Of a DNA stretch of 38,144 nucleotides, positions 18,505-26,327 are shown in pieces. Location: the NCBI GenBank assembly GCA_016194725.1, contig JACQAW010000260.1:1-38144 (forward strand), in the 5' to 3' direction. Made by a program: the position numbers and the translations under genes. Positions within the stretch are counted from its first letter, which is position 1. Each line of letters starts with the position of its first letter. The notes beneath the pieces were generated by a model that saw only the letters and a list, made by a program, of their open reading frames with translations, was not told the DNA's origin and did no database searches. The stretch is from Deltaproteobacteria bacterium. Its GTDB lineage: Bacteria; Bdellovibrionota; UBA1018; UBA923.

Positions 18505-18879
18505 ATGGAAAAAACAGAAATCAGCCTCAGTTTTACAATTTCTGAAAAACCACCGCTTCTTGTGGTTTCGTTTAAAGGCATTTTCAGTGCGATAACAAGC
18601 CCAGAGATCGAAAAATGCCAAACCGAGATACTTAGTCGCCTCACCGAGCACGGCGCCAAGTATGTAATCTTGAATTTCCAGGAAGTAACCGCCATTCACA
18701 TCAATGGAATCCCGCCGATTCATCGACTAAAAAAGGCGGTACGCGATAAGTCTGGGACGACACGTCTCTGCACCGTGAGTCCACACGTGAGAAAGCTCTT
18801 GCTCGATAACGGGGTATTTGGCATCGGCGAAATGTCTGATACTCTTCTAACGGCACTACAGGAATTTCAAGGAAAGTAG
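18505..18879 (+). CDS. STAS-domain protein (anti-sigma-factor antagonist-like)
   Basis: 124 aa with AAGGA RBS-like spacing. STAS-like order: LLVVSFKG strand, helix, KYVILNF strand, GIPPIHRLKKAV helix, RLCTVSPHVRKLL. The usual phosphorylatable Ser position is not obvious. Confidence 0.65.
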   Translation: MEKTEISLSFTISEKPPLLVVSFKGIFSAITSPEIEKCQTEILSRLTEHGAKYVILNFQEVTAIHINGIPPIHRLKKAVRDKSGTTRLCTVSPHVRKLLLDNGVFGIGEMSDTLLTALQEFQGK

Positions 18880-18883
18880 CCTT

Positions 18884-19161
18884 ATGGCCAACGCACAACC
18901 GAAGCTTGAATTCATCATCACCGAAAGTCAGATGATGCTCGTCGTCTCCCCTAATGGACGCAATCAAACGCATTGAAAGCGATCGGACATAGCACGTACT
19001 GGCCATCGATGGCTGTCCATGAGCATCAAGTCTTCGGCCAACTCGCTTTCGCGAATCGCACCTTTTTCAAAAACAAATTTTCCTGCCTCATCTTGAATAT
19101 TACAAACCCGAAGGATGCCAGGATATTGATTACTTTAAAATATAGTTCTTACCACACTTAG
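18884..19161 (+). pseudogene. Decayed tandem STAS paralogue
   Basis: Three frames together read MANAQPKLEFIITESQMMLVVSP / LMDAIKRIESDRT*HVLAIDGCP / AVHEHQVFGQLAFANRTFFKNKFSCLILNITNPKDARILI. These parallel the upstream STAS protein (LSFTISEKPPLLVVSF; KYVILNF; RLCTVSPHVRKLL). Restoring it needs two frameshifts and one stop correction. Confidence 0.4.
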
Positions 19162-19182
19162 CCAGCCCTATTTTGCACATAT

Positions 19183-20508
19183 TCACACGCGATGAAATTT
19201 CTCAAACAACCCCGGAAAAACCGCCTTCGGGTCCAGCCGCAGCTTCGCCTGATCATAATTCTCCCGATTGTAAATTTCCCAGAACCGCTCTTTCGTATAG
19301 TGGTTGCGCGAGATCAGCGTCTTGACGCCATCGAGCTCGTAAGTCTTGTCTTCGAGCATCTTGGAGTAATCGACGCTGGCATGACCATTAGGCTTGCCAT
19401 ACACCGCGCAGTCGATCATCAGATCGCCCTGCATGCGCGCGCCATGGGTTTTTGAAACCCAGCCGTACATCTTGGGAATGCGGTAGGGAATGACCCAGAG
19501 CGGGAAAAAATCGAAATCCTTCTCGTACCATTTCCAAAAATCATTGAAGCGGCGCGCGGGGATGAAGATGTCGCACACCACGTCGGGGCGTTTCTTGAGC
19601 TTGAGCAGCGAATCGAGGCGCTTGGACCATTTGATGAGGTTGGTCGATCCAAGCACGAACTTACCCACGGCAAAACGCACGGGCTTCTGCTCCAGAAGTG
19701 GTACGGACTTCGTGATCCAGTGGCACTCGGTATCGTAGCGAAAGCAGTAATCGAAGGTGGTCAGGTAGTCTTCGCTTTTTTCGGCGGTGCTTTTGTAAAA
19801 GATATTGAGCCAGCGGTAGTTGCTGACGTACGGCGCCTTGTCGACGAAGTTGCCCAGGCAAAGCACGAAGTTGTCGCGGCTGTGCACGATGCCATCGATG
19901 AAATCAAACTCGGTGGTTTTACACAGCCTGAGCATCTCGGCTTGGTAGGCCGGGAAGTTGTTGAACTTGCGATATTCCATTTTCACGAACTGTTTTGCCG
20001 GCACCAGCTTGAAGGTCAGACGGGTCAGAATGCCCAGCGTGCCATAAGAGCCATGCACCATCTCGAAAAGCAAAGGCTCCTGCCTGGGCGAACAGGTCAG
20101 TACCTTGCCTTCGCCCGTGATAATTTCGTATTCCTCGCAGCTGTCGTGGAAGCCGCCGTAACGATACGACATCGACTCCACCGAGCAGCCCGCAACCGCG
20201 CCCCCCACCGTGATGCCTTCGAGCTCGGGCACGACCATGGGAATCAGGCCCTTTTCAAGGGTCGCCTTGGCGAGCTGCGCGAAGGTGACGCCGGGTTCGG
20301 CGATGCAGCGCTGATTCTTGACGTCGATTTCCAGAATGTTGCTCAGCCCTGAGATATCGATGGGCATGCTCTTGCGCCGCATGTCGCCTGGCACAGGAAC
20401 AAAGTGGGACACGCCGCCCTTTTGAATTTGCACGGGGCGCTTTTCAGCGACATGCTCGCGCACGGCAGCCGCTATTTCAGAAACTTTTTTGTCATGTTCA
20501 GCATTCAT
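19183..20508 (-). CDS. FAD-linked oxidoreductase, DHCR24/DIMINUTO (Delta24-sterol reductase)-like
   Basis: Full-length resemblance, from memory, to human DHCR24 / plant DWF1: ILEIDV, PELEGITVGG, VESMSYRYGGF, YEIITGEGK, GTLGILT, LVPAKQFVKM, FPLWVIPY, LMIDCAVYG, ERFWEIY...VFPGLFEK. ATGA overlap with the upstream NUDIX stop. Confidence 0.8.
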   Translation of the reverse strand: MNAEHDKKVSEIAAAVREHVAEKRPVQIQKGGVSHFVPVPGDMRRKSMPIDISGLSNILEIDVKNQRCIAEPGVTFAQLAKATLEKGLIPMVVPELEGITVGGAVAGCSVESMSYRYGGFHDSCEEYEIITGEGKVLTCSPRQEPLLFEMVHGSYGTLGILTRLTFKLVPAKQFVKMEYRKFNNFPAYQAEMLRLCKTTEFDFIDGIVHSRDNFVLCLGNFVDKAPYVSNYRWLNIFYKSTAEKSEDYLTTFDYCFRYDTECHWITKSVPLLEQKPVRFAVGKFVLGSTNLIKWSKRLDSLLKLKKRPDVVCDIFIPARRFNDFWKWYEKDFDFFPLWVIPYRIPKMYGWVSKTHGARMQGDLMIDCAVYGKPNGHASVDYSKMLEDKTYELDGVKTLISRNHYTKERFWEIYNRENYDQAKLRLDPKAVFPGLFEKFHRV

Positions 20509-21014
20509 ACCCAGTAAAGCCCCGCATATATTTTAGGATCAATCGCATAACCCGTCTGAGACTTGTTCTTAAGCCAGGCCTTCACGTCGCGCAAGGGCAC
20601 TGAGTGGACGGTGATGTTTTCCTGCTCGTCACCACCCCCGTTGCCTTCGCGGGTCATGTCATGGGCCCGAATTACGGTAACCGTCTCTTAGCTCATGCCG
20701 CTGGTCGTGGGCCAAACCCCAATCTCTTCAAACCTTGCTGCCCGGAAGCCCGTCTCTTCCTCGAGCTCGCGCATGGCGGCATCGACCATGCTCTCGCCTT
20801 GAGCGCTTTCGGTATCGCTTACCAGCCCCGCGGGCAGCTCGATGGACTTCATTTGGATGGGCGGGCGAAACTGCTCGACGAAAATAATCTGCCCGTCATC
20901 GGTGACGGGAATTATGACCACCACTCCCGTGCAGTTGATGCGCTCGACCATCTCGTAGCCGTCGCGCTTGACCAGGCTAAGGTACTTGCCCGAGGCCAGG
21001 ACCTCTTTTTTCAC
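20505..21014 (-). pseudogene. NUDIX hydrolase (ADP-ribose pyrophosphatase-like) interrupted by an in-frame TAA
   Basis: Nudix box GLVSDTESAQGESMVDAAMRELEEETGF. The ORF stops at TAA (20688-20690), but the same frame continues for 60 codons (ETVTVIRAHDM...DEQENITVHSVPLRDVKAWL...GLYWV) with typical ADPRase C-terminal features. It ends in an ATGA overlap with the next gene. Confidence 0.75.
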
Positions 21015-21700
21015 TTTTTGATTTCCATCCTCTTTTTGTACTGCGCAATCAGCCCGTTCAGGGTTTCCACGGCGTTTTCCTGCGCCAGGAAGTTTTTTGC
21101 GTCAGGGTCGAAGTTTTTCCGCTGCTGGGCCAGGTTGACCGTCTCGCTCACGATGGCGATCTGATCGTCGATTTCCAGATTCATCCTCTTGTAGTTGTTC
21201 CAAAGGAATAGATGAACATCCCACTCCTTGTCGCTCATCAGTTTCAAATCCACGTCGCTGGCCCCACGATGCCACATGGCTTTTGAAAACGGGCACCACC
21301 CGGGGTCGCGCGCGATTTGCAAAACATGCAGGTACTCATGAATCAGGGTGCTGAACGGCGCGTCTGAGGCCAGGATGATGGTCTGGCACTTGCCCACGAC
21401 CGGTATTTCACCGGCGCAAAGGGTTTTGCCCATCAGGCCGGCAAGCTGGGTCACTTCTTTCATTTCCAGCGTAGGCTTTTCTATCTGCTCCCAGGCAAAC
21501 GTATGGGGCGGAACCTTGCGTTTGGTGCGCATCACCTTCACACACACCGAACGCTCGCGAATGGCCTTCAGCGCGGCCTGCGGCTTAAGGCGAGCGATGC
21601 CCAGCACGTCATTGGTAAGGTCCATGCGCCCAAAGACACACCAGTTGCAAATACCGGCGGCAAATACGGCAACGAGCGGCAGCAGCTTCAAAAGCAACAT
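21011..21700 (-). CDS. HExxH-motif protein with N-terminal hydrophobic anchor, unknown function
   Basis: MLLLKLLPLVAVFAAGICNW anchor or signal, and the motif LIHEYLHVLQ. ATG 21700 overlaps the methyltransferase stop by 1 nt; its own stop overlaps the NUDIX GTG (GTGA). Confidence 0.55.
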   Translation of the reverse strand: MLLLKLLPLVAVFAAGICNWCVFGRMDLTNDVLGIARLKPQAALKAIRERSVCVKVMRTKRKVPPHTFAWEQIEKPTLEMKEVTQLAGLMGKTLCAGEIPVVGKCQTIILASDAPFSTLIHEYLHVLQIARDPGWCPFSKAMWHRGASDVDLKLMSDKEWDVHLFLWNNYKRMNLEIDDQIAIVSETVNLAQQRKNFDPDAKNFLAQENAVETLNGLIAQYKKRMEIKK

Positions 21701-22728
21701 CAGCTGGCACCCCAGCAAACTTTCGAGAAAAATCCGCTGTCAGTGCCGATGTCGGTAAACCCCTCTTCCTGAAAAAGGCCCTGCATCGAGTGGTCCAGAT
21801 AGTTGCGGTAAAACGGCTCGTGGTAGTTGTGCGGAAATCGCGCCAGCAGGTCGTCAAAATCGGTATTGTCGCGGCTTTGCAGCGAATCGACCATGCCCAC
21901 GAAGCCCCCGGGCTTGAGCACCCGCCGCGACTCGAACAGCACGGCCTTGCGGGCCTCCAGCGGCAGCTCATGGAACAGGAACACCGAGTAAACGGCGTCA
22001 AACTGTTCGGCCAGAAACGGCAGTTTTCCGCCATCGGCCTGCATGAAATCGATTCGCGGAAATTCGGCCAGGTGTTTTTCAGCCAATTTCAAGTAGGGGT
22101 CGCTCAGGTCGACCGCCACGATCTTGGCCTTGGGAAACGCCAGGCGCACGAAACGCGTGGAGCGCCCGGTGCCGGCGCCGATTTCCAGAAAGGTAAGCCC
22201 CTTGCCGTTGGTGTTGCCGAAGCGCTTTTTCAAAGGCGCGATGATCAGGCGGCGCATGGCATCGGCCGCGCCGCCGAAAAGCATTTCGACCTGGTGCTCG
22301 TAAAGCTCGGCTGAGCGCGCGGTAAGATAGCCATCGGTTTGAAAATGAAAGTTGCGGTGGTAATAGCGGGGAGTATCGGCCAGCAGCTCGCGCGCCTCGG
22401 AATCAAATACCGTGGTTTGACCGCGGCTGCGGCGCCAGTAAATCGAAACTCCGTCAGCCAGCAATTTTGGAATTCGTCCCATGTGCCGCAGCGGCGACTC
22501 CGGCTTCAAAACCGCGGCCGGGTATAAGCCGGCGGCGATATTTCCGGCATCGCGGCGAAGCAGCTCTTGTACCGCCGCGCGAGCGGCGAACGCCGTGGCC
22601 CGGTCCATCTTCTCGCTGTATTTTTCCGAACCCGGCATCAGGGCTTTGAGCGAGTTCAGCACCAGGTATTCGGCGCTGAACACCGCGCTTCGGGCCGTTG
22701 AAAATGCATAGAGTGGTAAGTTTCTCAC
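21700..22728 (-). CDS. Class I SAM-dependent methyltransferase
   Basis: Motif I LEIGAGTGRST, then VAVDLSDPYL, FDAVYSVFLFHELP and LKPGGFVGMVD. GTG 22728 gives a GTGA overlap with the NDH-2 stop. ATG 22791 is also possible but would overlap NDH-2 by 67 nt. Confidence 0.8.
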   Translation of the reverse strand: MRNLPLYAFSTARSAVFSAEYLVLNSLKALMPGSEKYSEKMDRATAFAARAAVQELLRRDAGNIAAGLYPAAVLKPESPLRHMGRIPKLLADGVSIYWRRSRGQTTVFDSEARELLADTPRYYHRNFHFQTDGYLTARSAELYEHQVEMLFGGAADAMRRLIIAPLKKRFGNTNGKGLTFLEIGAGTGRSTRFVRLAFPKAKIVAVDLSDPYLKLAEKHLAEFPRIDFMQADGGKLPFLAEQFDAVYSVFLFHELPLEARKAVLFESRRVLKPGGFVGMVDSLQSRDNTDFDDLLARFPHNYHEPFYRNYLDHSMQGLFQEEGFTDIGTDSGFFSKVCWGAS

Positions 22729-23987
22729 GATCCGGGTCCTTTCGTAATCAGGCGCGCGCCACGCTGAAAGGTAACGTACGCCCAAGCCCATTCAATCAAA
22801 ACTAAAATTCGGTTCCTGAAGCCTATCAGATATAAAATATGCACCAGCAGCCAGGTTATCCAGGCCACAAAGCCGCTCAGGCGCAGCTTGCGAATTTCGG
22901 CAATCGCATAAGACCGCCCTACTGTAGCCAAATTTCCCTTATCCACATAATGAAACGGGCCAAGGGGTTTTTTCCCGGCGATACGTCGCGCCATGACCGC
23001 TGCCACGTACCTGCCCTGCTGCATGGCCACTGGCGCAGTGCCGGGCAGGGGCTTTCCGGCCTCATCATTCAATGTTGCCGTGTCGCCGATGATGAAAATA
23101 TCGGAATGCCCCGGCAGCGTCAAATCGGGCTGCACCTTTACGCGGCCGGCGCGATCTGCTTCCACGCCCAGCCAGCGCGCGGCGGCCGAGGCCCGCACGC
23201 CGGCGGCCCAGATTACGGTTCTGGCCGCGATGCGCTCGCCCGAAACCAGCACGCCCTGAGCGTCCACCTGCTCGACCTTCGCACCCGTGCGAGCCTCGAC
23301 ACCAAGTTTTTCCAGCGCCCGGCGCGCCTTGGCCGCAAGCTTTTCTGAAAACGAGGCCAGGATTCGCGGGCCTGCTTCGAGCAGCAAGATACGCGCGCCC
23401 TGTGGATTGATGTGCCGAAAGTCCGAAGCCAGCGCCCGGTGCGCCAGCTCGGCAATCGAGCCCGCAAGCTCAACGCCGGTGGGTCCCGCGCCGACGACCA
23501 CGAACGTCAGCAGCGCGTGACGCTTTTCGGAGTCCTGTTCCATTTCGGCGGCTTCAAAGGCGAGCAGAATTTTGCGCCTGATGGTCGTGGCGTCCTCAAT
23601 GGATTTCAGGCCCGGCGCGAACTTTTCCCACTCCGGATGGTTGAAATAGCTGTGCGTGGCACCGGTGGCCAGGAGAAGATAGTCGTAGGGAACTTCGCGA
23701 TCCGCGAGCCGCACGCGCCTGGCCGCAACGTCAACGCCCGTCACCTCGTCCATCAGGACTTCCGTGTTTTCGTTTCGCTTTAAAATATTGCGAATCGGCT
23801 GCGCGATGTCGGCGGGCGAAAGCCCTGCCGTGGCCACCTGGTAAAGCAGCGGCTGAAACAGATGGTGATTGCTGCGGTCAATTACGGTCACGTGCGCGGG
23901 CACACCACGCAGCCGCGCCGCGGCCTTCAAGCCGCCAAAGCCTGCGCCGACAATAACGACGTGGGGCAAGTGGCCATGCTTTTCCAT
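22725..23987 (-). CDS. ndh: Type II NADH:quinone oxidoreductase (NDH-2)
   Basis: Two dinucleotide folds (VVIVGAGFGGL and FVVVGAGPTGVELAG), IFIIGDTA, and a C-terminal amphipathic/TM tail; 420 aa. Confidence 0.9.
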   Translation of the reverse strand: MEKHGHLPHVVIVGAGFGGLKAAARLRGVPAHVTVIDRSNHHLFQPLLYQVATAGLSPADIAQPIRNILKRNENTEVLMDEVTGVDVAARRVRLADREVPYDYLLLATGATHSYFNHPEWEKFAPGLKSIEDATTIRRKILLAFEAAEMEQDSEKRHALLTFVVVGAGPTGVELAGSIAELAHRALASDFRHINPQGARILLLEAGPRILASFSEKLAAKARRALEKLGVEARTGAKVEQVDAQGVLVSGERIAARTVIWAAGVRASAAARWLGVEADRAGRVKVQPDLTLPGHSDIFIIGDTATLNDEAGKPLPGTAPVAMQQGRYVAAVMARRIAGKKPLGPFHYVDKGNLATVGRSYAIAEIRKLRLSGFVAWITWLLVHILYLIGFRNRILVLIEWAWAYVTFQRGARLITKGPGS

Positions 23988-24013
23988 GGCCCTTTATAGC
24001 AGAAAACAGCCGG

Positions 24014-24568
24014 TTAGAGGTTTTTCTTAAGCTTCAGATCAATCGCGAAACATACGACCAGGTCAGCTGACCAGGCCGTGCTGGGTATCGTACCGGAAAC
24101 ATCAAGAGCTACGTTCACTTTGCCCGCATTGAGCATGGGGAATAGGTTGATCGTGGCATCAGCTGGAAGTTCGAGCGGGCTGGGAACACTGGTGGCCGAG
24201 CCTTTGTTGTAGTCGATAACCAGCTCAGGTGCCAGGGACGCATTGACTTCGCTGGTCACTGTGCCCGTCAGGGTGTTGATGAAGGCGAAGTCGGTAACGC
24301 CGGTTTTTGCAGTCAGCGTAACGCTGACGATGTTGATACTGCTGCCGTCGGTGCTGGCGCCGCCCACGTCGAGCTGCTTGAGTTGGCTTGAAAGATCCAT
24401 TTCAAAGGACTGCTGGGTGGTACCCTGAAGTCCGATAATGGGCGCACCTGGAAACGAGAGGTCGGCCTGAGTCACGCAGATGGCCTGGTCGATCACCTCG
24501 CCGCTGATGCAGCCTGAAGCCAGAGTGGCCAGAAGAGTCGCGCACAAAAGAATAAGTTTTGAATTCAT
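24014..24568 (-). CDS. Lipoprotein of unknown function
   Basis: MNSKLILLCATLLATLASGC lipobox and a GGAG RBS. Ser/Thr/Val-rich beta-type sequence. Confidence 0.6.
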   Translation of the reverse strand: MNSKLILLCATLLATLASGCISGEVIDQAICVTQADLSFPGAPIIGLQGTTQQSFEMDLSSQLKQLDVGGASTDGSSINIVSVTLTAKTGVTDFAFINTLTGTVTSEVNASLAPELVIDYNKGSATSVPSPLELPADATINLFPMLNAGKVNVALDVSGTIPSTAWSADLVVCFAIDLKLKKNL

Positions 24569-24581
24569 TTTTCAGCTCCGA

Positions 24582-25427
24582 TTACATGAAATAAATTAAG
24601 AAGCCCAGCTTGCCCGAAGGCACGATCGCGTTCACGGTCGGATCCTTGAAGGTAACCGTCGTGGTGCTTGAGCCGCCGCCGCTGTTCTGCTGGTTGATGG
24701 TGGTTTGCAAGTCGTTGACCGTGGTGTGCAGATAGGTGAAGCCGCCGTGAATGTAGAATACGAAACGGTTCTGCGAGCCGAACTCCAGGCCCAAGTGGCC
24801 GTTGACGTAGTCGTAGCTGACGCGCTTGAGCGACGCGATGTCGGTGGACTGGTTGCCCGCGGCCAGACGCGCGATCCAGTTGGCGTCGCCTTCGAAGTAG
24901 TGGCCGGCTTCGACCGTCGCAGTGGGAAGAACCGGGAAAAATACCGGAGGCAAAAAAGTAACGCCACCGCTGATGCCGCCGCTTACGCCGTTGTAGTTGC
25001 CGCCCACTCTTGCGCGCAGCCATTTCCAGGGGCGAAACACGACGCTGGCGCCTGCGCCGTCGGGCAGGCCGGCGTCGATGGTCATGCCGAAGTGGGTGAT
25101 GTGCGGCTTTGGCTTCGGAGTCTCGGCTTGTTTAGCGAGAATCGTGGTGGTGCGTTCAGTTGCCGTGGGCGGCGCGACGGTAACGTCGACTGCGGTTTCG
25201 GGTGCGAGCTCATAGCTGTTGCCGGGCGAGGTCAGTTCCACTTCAACGGAGTTCTGATTGGCGTTGGCGTCATTGACGATTTCGATGACGCGCGGGTCGT
25301 TGTAGGCTTTGAGCACCACGGCTTGAATGCGGGCCTGGTCCTGGGGATCGATGGTCGTAGTAGCGTCGGCATGGGCGGTTACCGATACGAGCGCGGACAA
25401 AAGAAACAGGGCTGCGTAAGAACGCAT
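24582..25427 (-). CDS. Outer-membrane beta-barrel protein, putative
   Basis: Signal peptide MRSYAALFLLSALVSVTAHA and a GGAGGA RBS. The C-terminal ~170 aa show alternating aromatic/Gly beta-strand patterns (GGNYNGVSGGISGGVTF, GLEFGSQNRFVFYIHGGFTY) and a terminal hydrophobic strand. Confidence 0.6.
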   Translation of the reverse strand: MRSYAALFLLSALVSVTAHADATTTIDPQDQARIQAVVLKAYNDPRVIEIVNDANANQNSVEVELTSPGNSYELAPETAVDVTVAPPTATERTTTILAKQAETPKPKPHITHFGMTIDAGLPDGAGASVVFRPWKWLRARVGGNYNGVSGGISGGVTFLPPVFFPVLPTATVEAGHYFEGDANWIARLAAGNQSTDIASLKRVSYDYVNGHLGLEFGSQNRFVFYIHGGFTYLHTTVNDLQTTINQQNSGGGSSTTTVTFKDPTVNAIVPSGKLGFLIYFM

Positions 25428-25472
25428 CTCATCCTCCGGATAAATTATTTAGAGAGGGGTTTCTTACCTTTA

Positions 25473-25489
25473 TTGACGCGTTGCGTCAA
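25473..25489. promoter_or_regulatory. Perfect 7-bp inverted repeat TTGACGC-GTT-GCGTCAA
   Basis: Read directly from the sequence. It lies 46 nt upstream of the OMP start codon in the 460-nt divergent intergenic region and carries a TTGACG -35-like hexamer on both strands. Confidence 0.35.
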
Positions 25490-25644
25490 GTTTGTTCTTT
25501 GGGATAATTCCTGGCGATCCCGACTCACTTGCAACGAATTCCGCTACTTGGGAGCAGCTTTCTCCTATTGTACGTGCGCGGCTCCAGCAAAGGGTAGAGT
25601 TCTCAAGGTACTGAGGCATCGAGCGCGAGCTACCCGCAAGATTT

Positions 25645-25659
25645 CAATCCAATCCAATT
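25645..25659. repeat. Pentanucleotide tandem repeat CAATC-CAATC-CAATT
   Basis: Read directly from the sequence, in intergenic DNA. Confidence 0.5.
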
Positions 25660-25792
25660 TCTTGCCAAGGTATAAAAATACTCGGATTTTTCAACAACCC
25701 CCTCATAAAGCTGCGCCGGATCGCCAGCGCGGCCTGGCTATGCTGCCATAAGGAAGGGGGCCCTGGCACTTTCAGCATGGATGTATTTTAAA

Positions 25793-25826
25793 TGCATTGC
25801 TTTTTATTTGCATTGCTATGCATTTT
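25793..25826 (+). promoter_or_regulatory. Direct repeats TGCATTGCT (x2) plus TGCATT in an AT-rich promoter region
   Basis: TGCATTGCT at 25793-25801 and 25809-25817, and TGCATTTT at 25819-25826, followed by TATATTATAC. They lie 65-95 nt upstream of the 25890 gene. Confidence 0.35.
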
Positions 25827-25889
25827 ATATTATACGGTGCGTTAAATGACTGCTGCAATTAAATCAGACCGACAGAAGGAGTAAAAAAT

Positions 25890-26264
25890 ATGAAAAAACA
25901 CATTTTAGTTATTGGAATGGGAATATTGGCTTCGGCGACGGCGTTCGCCCAAAAAACGATTCACTGCGAGACACCGACCTCGAATGTTGGCGTTAATCTA
26001 CAAAAATTGGCAACTCCAAATCTCTACAGTTTTTCTGTGATCGAAGAAGGCGTCAAGGTGGCGGAAGGAACGGCCCGGCACAATGCTTTTACGACAGGCT
26101 CGTCTTATAGCGGAGAGAACTTCGGACTCCACATTTCGCGCTTCGATAAGCATCCCGATTTTTTTCCCACTCGCTGGGCGCAATACTGGGCGACTCTCGA
26201 AGTTAATGGAATCCAGGGCCGGTCCGTTGCCTGCGCTACGTGGGACGCGCCGTCCTCGAACTAA
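25890..26264 (+). CDS. Small secreted two-Cys protein, unknown function
   Basis: AAGGAG RBS and signal peptide MKKHILVIGMGILASATAFA. The mature protein is about 103 aa, with one Cys near each end. Confidence 0.6.
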   Translation: MKKHILVIGMGILASATAFAQKTIHCETPTSNVGVNLQKLATPNLYSFSVIEEGVKVAEGTARHNAFTTGSSYSGENFGLHISRFDKHPDFFPTRWAQYWATLEVNGIQGRSVACATWDAPSSN

Positions 26265-26284
26265 CCCGTAACCCCGCCCTTGAG

Positions 26285-26306
26285 ATCGGCCAACGGACTG
26301 GCCGAT
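26285..26306 (+). terminator. Intercistronic hairpin (possible attenuator/terminator)
   Basis: ATCGGCCA-acggac-TGGCCGAT, an 8-bp stem 20 nt after the 25890 gene stop and 22 nt before the lipoprotein ATG. The downstream tract has only two T, so terminator function is uncertain. Confidence 0.3.
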
Positions 26307-26327
26307 TCCACTCAGAGGAGTGCCTCG

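Noticed and set aside
18273-18723. Two minus-strand ORFs (140 and 114 aa) across the STAS region
   Set aside because: They overlap the plus-strand STAS gene, which has an RBS and a recognisable domain pattern. Their translations are Ser/Cys/Arg-rich with no features.
20505-21014. Alternative genetic code or programmed recoding to explain the in-frame TAA (and the TAGs after 37987)
   Set aside because: TAA, TAG and TGA each end confidently called genes in this window at positions consistent with normal protein lengths, often at overlap junctions such as ATGA and GTGA. A reassigned stop codon is therefore not supported, and no bacterial recoding of TAA is known to me.
24705-25751. 348-aa plus-strand ORF, one of the longest in the track
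   Set aside because: It lies antisense to the OMP gene, which has a signal peptide, an RBS and beta-barrel features. Its translation is Arg/Gly/Ala/Val-rich low-complexity sequence, typical of shadow ORFs in GC-rich DNA, and it runs on into AT-rich intergenic DNA.
25764-25779. TGGCAC followed by GCAT, resembling a sigma-54 promoter upstream of the exported-protein module
   Set aside because: The GG-to-GC distance is 10 nt rather than the required 12, and there is no TTGC. It does not fit the -24/-12 geometry.
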